Assembly (NCBI GenBank): GCA_016926735.1
Contig: JAFGOA010000014.1
Location: 1-64,000, forward strand
DNA length: 64,000 nucleotides
Direction: 5' to 3'
DNA from: Promethearchaeota archaeon
GTDB taxonomy: Archaea > Asgardarchaeota > Lokiarchaeia > Sigyniarchaeales > SOKP01
The first letter of the stretch is position 1. Each line of letters opens with the position of its first letter. Both the position numbers and the translations under genes were made by a program. The notes beneath the pieces are model-generated. The model made no database searches, was not told where the DNA came from, and saw nothing but the letters and a program-made list of their open reading frames with translations. This document shows, one piece after another, positions 31,362 to 43,000 of this stretch.

Positions 31362-31655
31362 TTAGACAATCAAATCTTTTATAATTTTACTAAAGATTTT
31401 CCTCTCCTTTTGAGAAATTTCCCTACTATTCGTACTAAAATTACAGTAAATATTATAATCCTCTTCCTTTGAATCCTTTAATATCCATAAGTTATCTTTT
31501 ATAATTTTATTTTGTTTTGCTTCAAGAATATTTAGTAATTGATTTAACGTGTCAGGTATTTTTCTTTCATATTCCTTTTTAAAATATATCTCAGAGAAAA
31601 TACCTTTAATTAATTGTATGTAAATTAATTTTTCATTTGGAATTTTAATATTCAT
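31362..31655 (-). CDS. hypothetical protein
   Basis: 97-aa ORF with a 4-nt overlap with the upstream ORF. Confidence 0.5.
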   Translation of the reverse strand: MNIKIPNEKLIYIQLIKGIFSEIYFKKEYERKIPDTLNQLLNILEAKQNKIIKDNLWILKDSKEEDYNIYCNFSTNSREISQKERKIFSKIIKDLIV

Positions 31656-31966
31656 AAATTCTCATCTATTTTAGTAATATTTTCAGCATTTTTCTTATCT
31701 TCCATTATATTTCTGTAATAAATTAGAAGTTCACCCATGAGACTTAGTTTACCTTCAAGTATTTCAGGACAATGTTTTTCAACGATTCTAAATGTAGTTG
31801 TAAGTGTTCTTAATATAATTTCACTAAGATCAAAAAACTTTTTGATTGTTTGTACACATAATTTTCTAATCTTAACGGGATAACTTTTCTCCTTTATTTG
31901 ATAAATTCGACATCCCTTATCTATTAAATCCAAAGTTATCGCATCTAATTCAATTTTTGCCTTCAT
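31652..31966 (-). CDS. hypothetical protein
   Basis: 104-aa ORF translationally coupled to 31362..31655. Confidence 0.5.
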   Translation of the reverse strand: MKAKIELDAITLDLIDKGCRIYQIKEKSYPVKIRKLCVQTIKKFFDLSEIILRTLTTTFRIVEKHCPEILEGKLSLMGELLIYYRNIMEDKKNAENITKIDENL

Positions 31967-32189
31967 AATTTAGTCTTTTGTATTTTGGTATAATATTATG
32001 ATAATTCATAATTCGAAATATCTGATCATATAAATAGAAATACTCCTATTTAAATATTATACTTTCTCATAAATCGTATTATTGGTCTTCATAATACGTA
32101 AATATATTGAAAAGAAAAATAGAGTATTTAAATCATTAAAATTATATATTTTTTGAGAACGAATTTTAAAAATCGAGATTATAACAATA

Positions 32190-32450
32190 ATGAAGATTAA
32201 AAAACTCCTGAAATACATTGATATACTATTATTCCTCTCTAACATCGATAAGGTTGAGCTAAGGATCATTTCTGAGAAGTTCGACATCAGTTATCAAACA
32301 ATCCATAGTTTAATCGAGAAATGGAAAGATGAGGGATATGTTGAGAGGAAAAGAAAGGAAATCTTAATTCTTGGTGGCGATAAGTATGAATATAAAATAA
32401 CTGAGAAAGGAAAAAAGACAATTCAATTATTAAAAAGAAAATTGAACTAA
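32190..32450 (+). CDS. small winged-helix DNA-binding protein (MarR/PadR-like)
   Basis: ISEKFDISYQTIHSLIEKWKDEGYVER...YKITEKGK. Confidence 0.75.
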   Translation: MKIKKLLKYIDILLFLSNIDKVELRIISEKFDISYQTIHSLIEKWKDEGYVERKRKEILILGGDKYEYKITEKGKKTIQLLKRKLN

Positions 32451-32594
32451 TCTTTCTTATATCTAATATTTAAAATTAATAAGCAAACCACATTGAAAAA
32501 AAAGCTAATAATGCTTAATTCTCATATAAAGTTATTCTTGTCATGATTGAAAAAAATTAAATCAGCTTCAAAAAAGTTATGAAATTTAAATAGA

Positions 32595-32792
32595 CTACTT
32601 TTTTTCTTCAAATTTTGGAACAAACCATAATTCATATGCTTTTTTTATGCATAAACGTGCAACTTCAGTATTTTGCTTGATTCCCAGATTTTTCTTAATT
32701 TTATGAAAAAAATCATATAATGGTTGATCATCCTTCTCTGAGAGGTTAAGTCTAATCATTATATCTGGACTTTTTTCTTTTTTTTTAGCCAT
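32595..32792 (-). CDS. small ribbon-helix-helix-like DNA-binding protein
   Basis: IMIRLNL strand, then two helices (FFHKIKKNLGI..NTEVARLCIKKAY). Confidence 0.6.
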   Translation of the reverse strand: MAKKKEKSPDIMIRLNLSEKDDQPLYDFFHKIKKNLGIKQNTEVARLCIKKAYELWFVPKFEEKK

Positions 32793-32840
32793 AATTATTG
32801 AATTGTTTTTTATTATAATAAATTTTTTGTTAATTTAGGA

Positions 32841-32970
32841 TGGTTTATTCATTTCTGTCCATTTTTATCCATTTTTATCCAAAGACTTATAAATGAAAAA
32901 ATCATAGTAATCTTAGCACGATTTTGTATAAATTATAATAATTATTAGAGAAAAGGACAGAAAGGAATAA
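32841..32970. promoter_or_regulatory. putative operator array between divergent regulators
   Basis: Tandem 10-mers ATTTCTGTCC/ATTTTTATCC/ATTTTTATCC (32851-32880); 15/16 inverted repeat TTATTCATTTCTGTCC (32845-32860) vs GGACAGAAAGGAATAA (32955-32970). Confidence 0.55.
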
Positions 32971-33035
32971 TCAAAGATTCTAAAAATACAGTATTGCAGT
33001 ATACTCTATTCTCAATCTTAATTCAAGATTAATAG

Positions 33036-33563
33036 GTGAAAAATATGAATTTGGAATCATTTCTTGTAAAAATTAAAAGAGATTTAGACATACTAAAGAT
33101 AATTAGCTTAATATGTAATTCTAAGCAAATTACTCTTTCAGATTTAAAAAGTCAAGTCAATATTCCATATTCAACAATTTATCGATTTTTAGAATTGATG
33201 GTAAAAAATAATTATCTTGTAAAGACTAAAAGAAGAGACAATGAAAATCCATCTAATATTTATATAATTGATACAAAATTAGAGATTTATAAAGATATAG
33301 TTGCAGAACTATTTCATAAGAACTTATCTGGAAAATCCTCTTTTCTGGGGTATTCAATAATCAAAAAAAAGATTTTCCTTAGCCAAATTTTAGAGGAAAT
33401 AAATAGTTGTCTAAAAGAATGGGTAGATAGAGTAAATAAAGAAATTGAACTTGGTAATTTAAATCATCTTTCAGTTTTAAATCACTATGCTATTATTCCC
33501 TATAATAGACTATGGGACTATTTTGAAGAGATTGAATTCCTGAGAAAAGTAGATGGTCTCTAA
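33036..33563 (+). CDS. winged-helix transcriptional regulator
   Basis: ITLSDLKSQVNIPYSTIYRFLELMVKNNYL HTH. Confidence 0.7.
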   Translation: MKNMNLESFLVKIKRDLDILKIISLICNSKQITLSDLKSQVNIPYSTIYRFLELMVKNNYLVKTKRRDNENPSNIYIIDTKLEIYKDIVAELFHKNLSGKSSFLGYSIIKKKIFLSQILEEINSCLKEWVDRVNKEIELGNLNHLSVLNHYAIIPYNRLWDYFEEIEFLRKVDGL

Positions 33564-34023
33564 TAAAAAAAGAGGAATTTTGTGTGATAAATTCGTAAAA
33601 AAATCTCTTTTTTACATAAGCATAACTGATCTTTTACACACTAATAGATTTTTTTTTATAACAGTATTCTCACTAATGGAAATTAAAATTAGTATCATTT
33701 AAATAAAATAATATCAAAGATATATTAAAAACTGACAAAAATATTGAGAATTTCCGTACTCTTATTCTTTATAGTTATTTGAATTATGCTAGCTAATGAT
33801 TATAGGCGTGATAATTGGTACTCTATAAAATTATGTCTAATGGGAATTTATCTTATTTCTCAATGCACCTATCGAAAAAATAACGAAAATAAATTAATTA
33901 ATTCCCTCTCAATTAGTCAGCTTATCTATTTAAAAGTCATAATTATTTTATTTTTTCTTTTAAATACTACGAAATGTTATTTATTAAAAATTTAGACCAA
34001 AAATAAAAAAATAGGTTATTGAC

Positions 34024-37000
34024 ATGGAAAAATATAGTGATAAATCAATTGTCTATAATAGGGTATCCTATCTATTTGAAAAAGAAGATAAGAAAAATTT
34101 AGAAGATCTTTCAATAGATCTAAGATTTAAAAACTCTCATCTCTCAATATATATGAATGAATTAAAGGATTCTGAAATTGATCTTAGACCATTTACAAAT
34201 AAACGTCAAATTAAGAATAATCCTATAACAATTTCCTTAGATATTAATCCTCATAAAATAAAGGAATTGCACTCAATTAAAGTTGAATTATTCGATCTTT
34301 ATGATATTATCTCAGGTTATTCAATAACTATCCCTGCAACAGAATTCGCACCCTTTAAAAAATCAATTGAAATCAATATTCCAAGTATCCAACAATATCT
34401 CGACAAAATAAAATTAATTCCTATTTTTAAAAATCCAAATCCAAAGTATAAATTATATTATGATGGATATTATGGTTCTTCTCAATCTAAAAAACAAAAA
34501 CAAAAACAAAAACAAGATCAAACATCTGATATAAGTAGTGATTCTTCTAATGTTTATACTTGGTCTTCAATTTTCTTATTATTAATTCTGAGTGTTATTT
34601 TATTATTTATCAATACACCATATTATCCAATTCCCATTTTATCCATGATTTTACCAATAATTCTATTTTCAAAGAGAGACAACCATCGTAAGTATTTTAT
34701 AACTGCTGTACTTATTTTACTATTTTTAGTCTGCTTTCCAGTAATTTTTACAATAACCCCTCTAACAAATGTAAATTCCCAGAAACCTCATTTTGCAAAA
34801 GTATCATATTCATCAGGACAAAATACTGATGATTTGAATTTTGATACATTACAATATTATAATGAACTTGAGGATCTGGGAAAAATAACGATTAATGATA
34901 TAATCATTTTAAAATCTGAAACCTCCTTATCTCTTGCTCAGAGTTCCCAACAGATAGTAATTCTAATAGCACAAAATAATACAATTATTAATCCAAAATA
35001 TTATGAAAAATCATTTAATTTTAGATCTAATTACATTCAAGGTCCTAAAAAAAAAACAGATATATTAACTATAATAGATCTTAAGGATTATGATTTATTA
35101 CCTGGGGAATATAGACTTACAACATTTCTTTCTGTAAATAATTTCTACGGAGTTCAAAGGTCTGAACTTCTAACCTATAATATCTCCCTTGGAAGAGACG
35201 TATTACATATTGTTGGATCTGATCGATATAAAGAATTAGGGAAATATGGCTCTGTATATACAATTGATAATCAAGATTCTTTTACTACTTTCTATGAAGG
35301 AAGAATCTTAAATTCAGCTGGAATTGGTGTTCAATTAGATAATATGGAATTATATTTAGAAAAGAACAATAGATATCAGAAAATTGCAACAATATCAACT
35401 AATAATCAAGGATATTTTATTTATAATTACACTACAAAAGGATACTTTGAAGTTAATTCTCTTGCGAAAATAGAATTTGGGGGAAATGAGCTATATAATT
35501 CGTTAACACAAGAAGAATATGCTGGTCTTGAACAAAGTATTAGAGGGAAAAGGATCTTCTCTGATTTAAATGGAGATGGATATCCTGAATTTCCATATAC
35601 ATTAGAGGAATTAATAAATGCATTAAACAATGCAAATCCCATAGAAATTCTATCCTTTTTCACAGAATTCAACGAGATGAGTGGAGCTTATGTGTATGAT
35701 TCAATATTAAATTATCAAGGAGAAGTATTTGGAAATGTTAATTTAAATATAGAGGGAATTCGAGATAGTGGAGCACGATTTGATGGTCTAGGAGATAAGA
35801 TCTATACAAATTCAGAATTTAAAATGGGTGATGTTAATCATGATGGGAAAATTGATATTCTCGACGCTCTTATTACCGCCCAAAATTATGTGGGGCTAAA
35901 TCCAGAACCATTTTATCCAGAACAAGCAGATGTAAACGGAGATAATAATATAGATATTCTTGATTCATTGCAAATTGCTCAATATTATGTAGGACTAATA
36001 ACTGAATTTCCTAATTCAGATCCTTCAGAAATTACCTATGATAATTATGATTATATTAATTTCGGTGATATTCTCAGTAGTGATTTAGCTTATAATGATG
36101 AATTTGGACTCTCATTATGGATAAATCCAAGCAAATTTTCTTCTAATTTAAGCGAACATGGGGTAAAGAATTGTTTCTTCTCCAAAGGTGAAAATCTAGA
36201 GATTGGATTTAACGAAAGTGGGTATTTAATGGTCTATTTGAATACAAATAATATCGAAACCATTACATATTTTGGTCAGGAAAACTCAATTCAAAAGAAT
36301 TTATGGAATTATATAGCAATTCGCTTTGAAATGGGAGATGTTGATGCTCTTATCCAAGATTCTTGGTATTTAACTGATATATACGATTCTGAGCCTTGGA
36401 TAAATTATGTATCATTAGATTTGAGTGGGGATCTTATTATAGGGGCAGAAATCAATACTTTCAGCTGTTTTGGAGGAATTATAGATGAGCTAAAGATTTA
36501 TCGAGAAGCACCTTTACATTCAGAATTAGAGGAGACCATTTATTCTATATTGAGAATTGATAGTGCGACAGCATATAACTTTCAAGATAACAATTGGCAA
36601 GATATAACTAATGGTGAAATAATTGATGAATATATTCTATTTGAATGTAATAAAAGCAGAGATTCACTTGCTATTATAGAAAAAGTAGAATTCTATCTTT
36701 CAAATACTCCTTTAGATTATAATAATATCATAATTGATCAATGGAAACTCATAAAAGAATTTCATTATGACGCAAATAACTATAAATATATGTTGGATAT
36801 AAGAGATATTCCTGATGGTGACTGGTATTTTATAATAAAAGCAATAGATAATAGAAATAATGAGATTTTTAAAACATGTGAAGTATTAGAAAATGATATT
36901 TATTTTACAATTAGCAATTTTCAAGATAATATAAATTTCATATATCTAGGATATAATGACAAGATTAATTATAATTCACAAATAGGTTTAACAATAGATC

Positions 37001-40000
37001 CTTTATTTGAAAATTATGTTGAATCACTTGATTTATTTATCAATTTTTCTGGATCTGTAGAAAAAATAAATCTAAATCCAATATCCTTTGATAAAATTAT
37101 ACAAAATAATTATCTAATTAGTTTAAATGATATTTCAGATTGGATTGAACAGATGAGCTTACTTCCTAATGAATATGATGTGTCATTTATCGTTAAAGGG
37201 TATTTTGATTTCAACCAATTTGGAGAATATGAATATACATATAACCTCAGCTCAACGATATTAGATATAAAATCCCCTGTAATATCAATTATAGAGAGTG
37301 GGTATAGTCTTGAGTTTGGAAAGACCTATACTGCTACAGACAATAATCAAATTACATTTGGAATCACATCTCTTGAGGATGATTTTAAAAAAGTAGAAAT
37401 TTATTATCGTTATGATAAAACGTCTCAGCAGGATGAGTGGATATTTTATAAAACAATTATTCCTCAGCAAATCCCTTTTGATATATCCTTTAATATAGCT
37501 AATCTCAAGGATGATAAAATATATCTACGCTTTAAAATTATCGATAACTTGGGAAATTCAAGAGATCTAATCAATGAAAATAATTGGATAGAGAAAGATC
37601 AAAACAACCATGATTTTATAGTGAATGGATTAGATGAAAATGCAATATATTCACTTGATTCAGGTAATATGATAGATATTGCTCCAGTAATACATCCCTA
37701 CGATAATGATATAACAAAAGTAATTATTACAACAGAATATGAATCATTTAGCTTAAACAATGTGTATATTGATCATAATAGCATCTATTTTTCAGACATT
37801 AATGAAGATATTAAACTAAATGCTGTTTTCTATACAATTTTTGGAAATAAAATCACTTCAATTCCAATAAAAGTACAACTTTTCCAAAATAATAATCTTA
37901 TTTCGTCAAAAATATTTTCCATAATCGCTACAGGAATGTATTTTTCAGAAATTATATCGATTTCAGATGTGATTATTAATCCTGAAGTCAATATTCCCAA
38001 TAATAATATAAATATGAGATTTACTACTTCAAAGAAGACATATAATAATTCATATGGAATTCCCTATATTGTAGGTTCTACTTCTCCCAATTTGCAGATA
38101 TATAATGATAATAATGAATTAGTTGATATTATAGATTTAAATCCAAATATTGATGGATATAGAAGTGCTTCCTACTCAAATATTAATATTAGAAATAATT
38201 ATTTTGAAATTTCATACCCAACAAATCTATTATATGAAGAGGACATATGTTCAATAGATAAGCTAATTATTGGTGGTATTGAATATGACTTCTCGCAATA
38301 CTTTAATAATGAAAATATCATTATAAAATTAGAGTCTCAAACTATATTAGATGGATTTTATGATAATGCTAATCCAATAAAGATTATATATAGTTATGTA
38401 TCATCTAATAAATTGAATCAATATGATGGTAGCTATGATTTTAAGACGATACCACAAGGAAACTACACATTCATTGGAGAGTTTTTAGATTTATCAGGAA
38501 AGCGCTCATATTATAAAATTGATAATTATAAGATTGATTTCCAAGAACCTCAAATCTATAGACAATTTAGAAACGGAATCTCAATAAATCCAAAATCACA
38601 TCCAAGTTTATCATTTATAATTTTGGATGCCTCAGAGATTATTAATTATTCATTTAACCAATCTCTAGAAGGATATTGGATAAAAGAAGGTAGTCTCTAT
38701 ACTTTTTATATAGATGAAAATATAAATCTCCCTGATGGGTATTATAATATTGAACTGAGTTTCGAAGATGCTAATAATTTCCTAAGTTCAATTGTATTTA
38801 GCATATTTATCGATACTCAAGCTCCTAAACCTAAGATTATAAAAAATGATTATGAGTACTTCAAGGGGCTCTATCACGTATATCTTGAGATTGAAGATGA
38901 TTCTATTTGTGAGCTTTATTTAGATAAAGTAGTTGATTCTCAAGGAATAATATTTGATAAGATTATACAATCAGTAATAAAGAAAAATGATACTGCTTGG
39001 GATTTAGTATTTGATACTTCACAACTCCCTGATGGCGTTTACAATCTAACATTTATCGTAATTGATCAAGCTGGAAATATGCTGAATTTTAATATAAACG
39101 ACAGAGTTTTTGATAACACTTCCCCTCAAGTTGAATCTATCTATAGAGAATGTGAAATCGAAAATCTACTTTATTTCTCAGAAGAATTAAGTGATACTAA
39201 TTACTTAAGTGAGCAAGAATATATTTTCATAAAGTCAGTGGATAAAATCTTCGGAAAAACTAATATTGTGGAACTATATTATACGGACCCTCTAGAAGAG
39301 CATAATTTAACAATAGCGGAAGATCTTAATCTTGAAACATTACTATATAAGGTAATAGGATATTCAAATCCAATTATCTATGATGTAGGAGATATATATA
39401 ACATCCAGAAAATAACGATTGGAGGGATAGAAGTTAATGATTTTTCAATTATACAAAAAGAGGGAGAGCTATTTTTAAAAATAGGAGAAGAATATCGCTA
39501 CTTATTAACATCAAGTAATGCAAATAAAATAACAGCTCAATTATACACTATAAATTCCAATAAATTAGAGCTTGTTTATAATAATTTAGACCAAATTTGG
39601 CAATTAAAATCACCTAATTCTGATTATTTTAATATATCTTCACATATTTTAATATCAGAAGGACAGACCTTTCTTTTCTGGTTTGAATTACAAGATAATT
39701 TAACAAACACTTTTATCACTAAAAAATATAAAGGTATTTTAGATAATGAATTAGAATTAACAGAAGAAAAGAGCCTTTTTGAATGGAATTTCAGAACTAA
39801 TCCTGATAATCAGGGAATAATGATCTTAGGTTCACCAGATCCAATGTATAGTATAATTAATATCAATCACACACTAATAGAACATGATGTATTTAAAGTC
39901 TATATCTATGGATCTGAAAATAATATAGACTTTTCCTTATTAGGAAGAGCATATTTTAACGGAGATAATATTTGGACTCTTTACTGGGATTATACACATA

Positions 40001-43000
40001 ATTCCATTATCCATACATTACCAAAAGATTATTATATTCAAGTAGTTGTACTTGATAGAGCGTATAATTCAATATCTCAAATAGAGTCTATAAAAATCTT
40101 AGATTATCAAAAGCTTGAACTTGTCGCAGAAATGACTTTTGGAGATATTTTAGAGTATAATCCGTCTATTCCACATAGTATTGAAGAATTTTCGACTAAA
40201 ATAAAGGAATTTTTTGGAACAGCTGATTTATGGACTATTATATCTGAGTATTATGATACTGAATATGAAGAATGGATACCATTAGCAACAGAGACAACCC
40301 AAATTAATATTCAAGGAGAGTATGCGGATTATTCTATAACATGGGATATCTCTGAGGACATAAAATTCCTTGATTCAATGGGATCACTAAACTATGAGTA
40401 TCTACCCATGCAAATAACAGACATCAAAGCAACAGAAATTTGGGGCTCTTGGGGTGTATTTAATTCATTTAACCAATGGCAACCATTATTATTGAAAAAT
40501 AACAGTGATTACTTAGATATCAATATTTATAGTTTTGATAAATCCTTGGGATGGATATTAAATACATCGTTAAGCACAGAGATCCAAATTCCTTATGTTG
40601 ATAATTCTACATTCAAGCTATTTGATATTGATAATGATGGTATTTGGGAAATAATTCGATTTACAAAGACAAGTTTAGATATTATCTACTTAAATAATAG
40701 TGTCTGGAATATAAAAGAAAATGTCCTAGACAATCAAAATAATGTTTATTTAACATTTGATATAATATATGATAAGATATGTCAAAGCTCTACTCTTTTA
40801 TTAGTTCAACAGGAAGGATCTTTCTATACTTTATATAAATATAATCTCAACTCATCTTTCTCAATAATAAGTCAATCAACTACTCAAATAATTGGAAATT
40901 TTATCCCAACATCCATAAATATTGTTGAAAATTTTGTCTTTACAGACAGAAAAGAAATAATTGTAGGGGGATTTTACTCTCATAATTTCAGTTCAAATCT
41001 TTATATTTATAACAATGAGAACTTAGAGTTCAAAAACTGTATTTTTGAAAATATCTTAGGAGTAATTGATATCATTGAGTATATGATGATAAATGGAATT
41101 CCTACTATAATTCTAGGGATTAATCAAATATCAATTGGTAATAAAGATTTAGTAATTTCACTACAATATAATTATCAATTAGATGATTGGATCAAATATG
41201 AGCTGTCCGAAATTGATGAAATCTCATTTAAAATATTTGATCTAATGTCAATAAATAATAATATTATTATTTCTGCTAATTCAGGAATTTTTAAGGCAAA
41301 AATCGAGAATAATATTGATAATAAGATTGTTTACAATCCAAGTCTGATAGCTACAGAGACTTTTACTAAAAGTGATCTTGCTCCTGAATTTAATCCAATA
41401 ATTGAGGTTAATCATTCTCCAATATCAGAAATAACAAAAGTATTGTATAAAATAAATGATACATGGAATATCCTTGAAAAAGAAAAATATTATTATTCAC
41501 CTTTTGAAGTAAAATTGCTCTTATCTGATATTTGGGAGTTTTTAGGAGAAATAAAGATTATATATAAGTATGATTCAAAATCTGATGAACAAAAGCAAAA
41601 GCTTGATACTACCTTTGAAATATTACATGGATCTTCCAATAAAGAGCAAATATCTGCGTCAAGCACTTTTATAAATGAGTATCCTCAACCCTTACTCTAT
41701 TTAAATCCTACTACAGATTATAGTTCTGATAATGCTGATTGGATAGAATTAAGACACGAGTGGAATGAAAGGGGAATAAATTATAGATATACCCCTATTC
41801 AATCAGAGTACAATGTAGCTAATTTTGCTCAGGTATATACCCCATTTTCAAAAAATACAATTCTTAGTATTGATGAGAATTTTCAAATAGATCTTAGTTC
41901 AAATGATGATATTGGAGAAATTATTGCTGTAAAAGGTATATATTATGGAGGTGAAAATCAAGCATATCACTATCCAATATTTGATTATGAACTCTTAGGT
42001 AATGATATATTATCACTTAAAAAGTGTAATACACGATCATTATATAAAAAAATATCAATAGACTATATTCCTCAAATAGAGTTAGTACAATTACCTCAAT
42101 TTAATGAATTTTGGTTTTTACCAAACACTTCTAGAAGTCTTGAAGAGCCTTACTATGTATGTAATGTTATGGATGATGTAAATGTTTATAAAGACTTTAT
42201 TCATCAAAAAGGAGATAATGATTATATAATTGGATATAATGAATATGGAATGTATATTAATTTTACAAATGAGATTAATCCTATAGGAATCCCAAAGGGA
42301 TCAGTATATTATGCAAAAAATAATACTAATTATTCAACAAAAATCTCAATGAAAGATTATGCGATTTATCCATATGAAATTATAGACAAGAAGGATGAGT
42401 TAATTGGAGGAAAATTAATTATAACCCTTAAAGCAGGATTAAATGATATTTTATATGCTGAATTATCCCAGATGATACATGATTCATTTGATATAACAAT
42501 TAGTCTTTATCTATTGGACTCTAATAAACAAAGAACCTTTATTCATTCAATTAAAAAGACTTTAGGCTCTAATATTGGATTCTTATTGCGAAATATAGAA
42601 ATATCTCTCAATGAAAATACCCTTTCAAATGGAGAATTAGAGTTATTAAAACAGTCTGTAGCTATTGATTCTGAAAATGATCTATTAGTCTCTTTTGAAA
42701 CTTCATTGGATAATCTAAAGGTTAATGCTGAAATAATCAAAGGTCATTATGCACAGGAAATAATTGATATTTCCTTTGAACCAAAAATACTTAGCTCTGC
42801 TCAGATTTATAATGGAATACCAATCAATCAAACTTATGTAAACGTACCTCAAGACAATATACAATTAGAATTGATAAATAGATCTCTATACCAATTTAAT
42901 TCTGAAAGTCTAAATTATGATTATGAAATTACCATTCAATCATTAAAGGCTGAAAATCTTAAAATTGATGAAAATGATTACGAATTTAATGAAGATGAGA

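Noticed and set aside
33786-33995. 69-aa ORF upstream of the giant gene
   Set aside because: No motif; it lies in the probable promoter region and is likely spurious.
34490-35056. (AAACAA)n repeat and A10 tract near the 5' end of the giant gene as phase-variation switches
   Set aside because: The hexamer repeat keeps the frame, and similar A-runs occur in housekeeping genes here, so there is no specific evidence.
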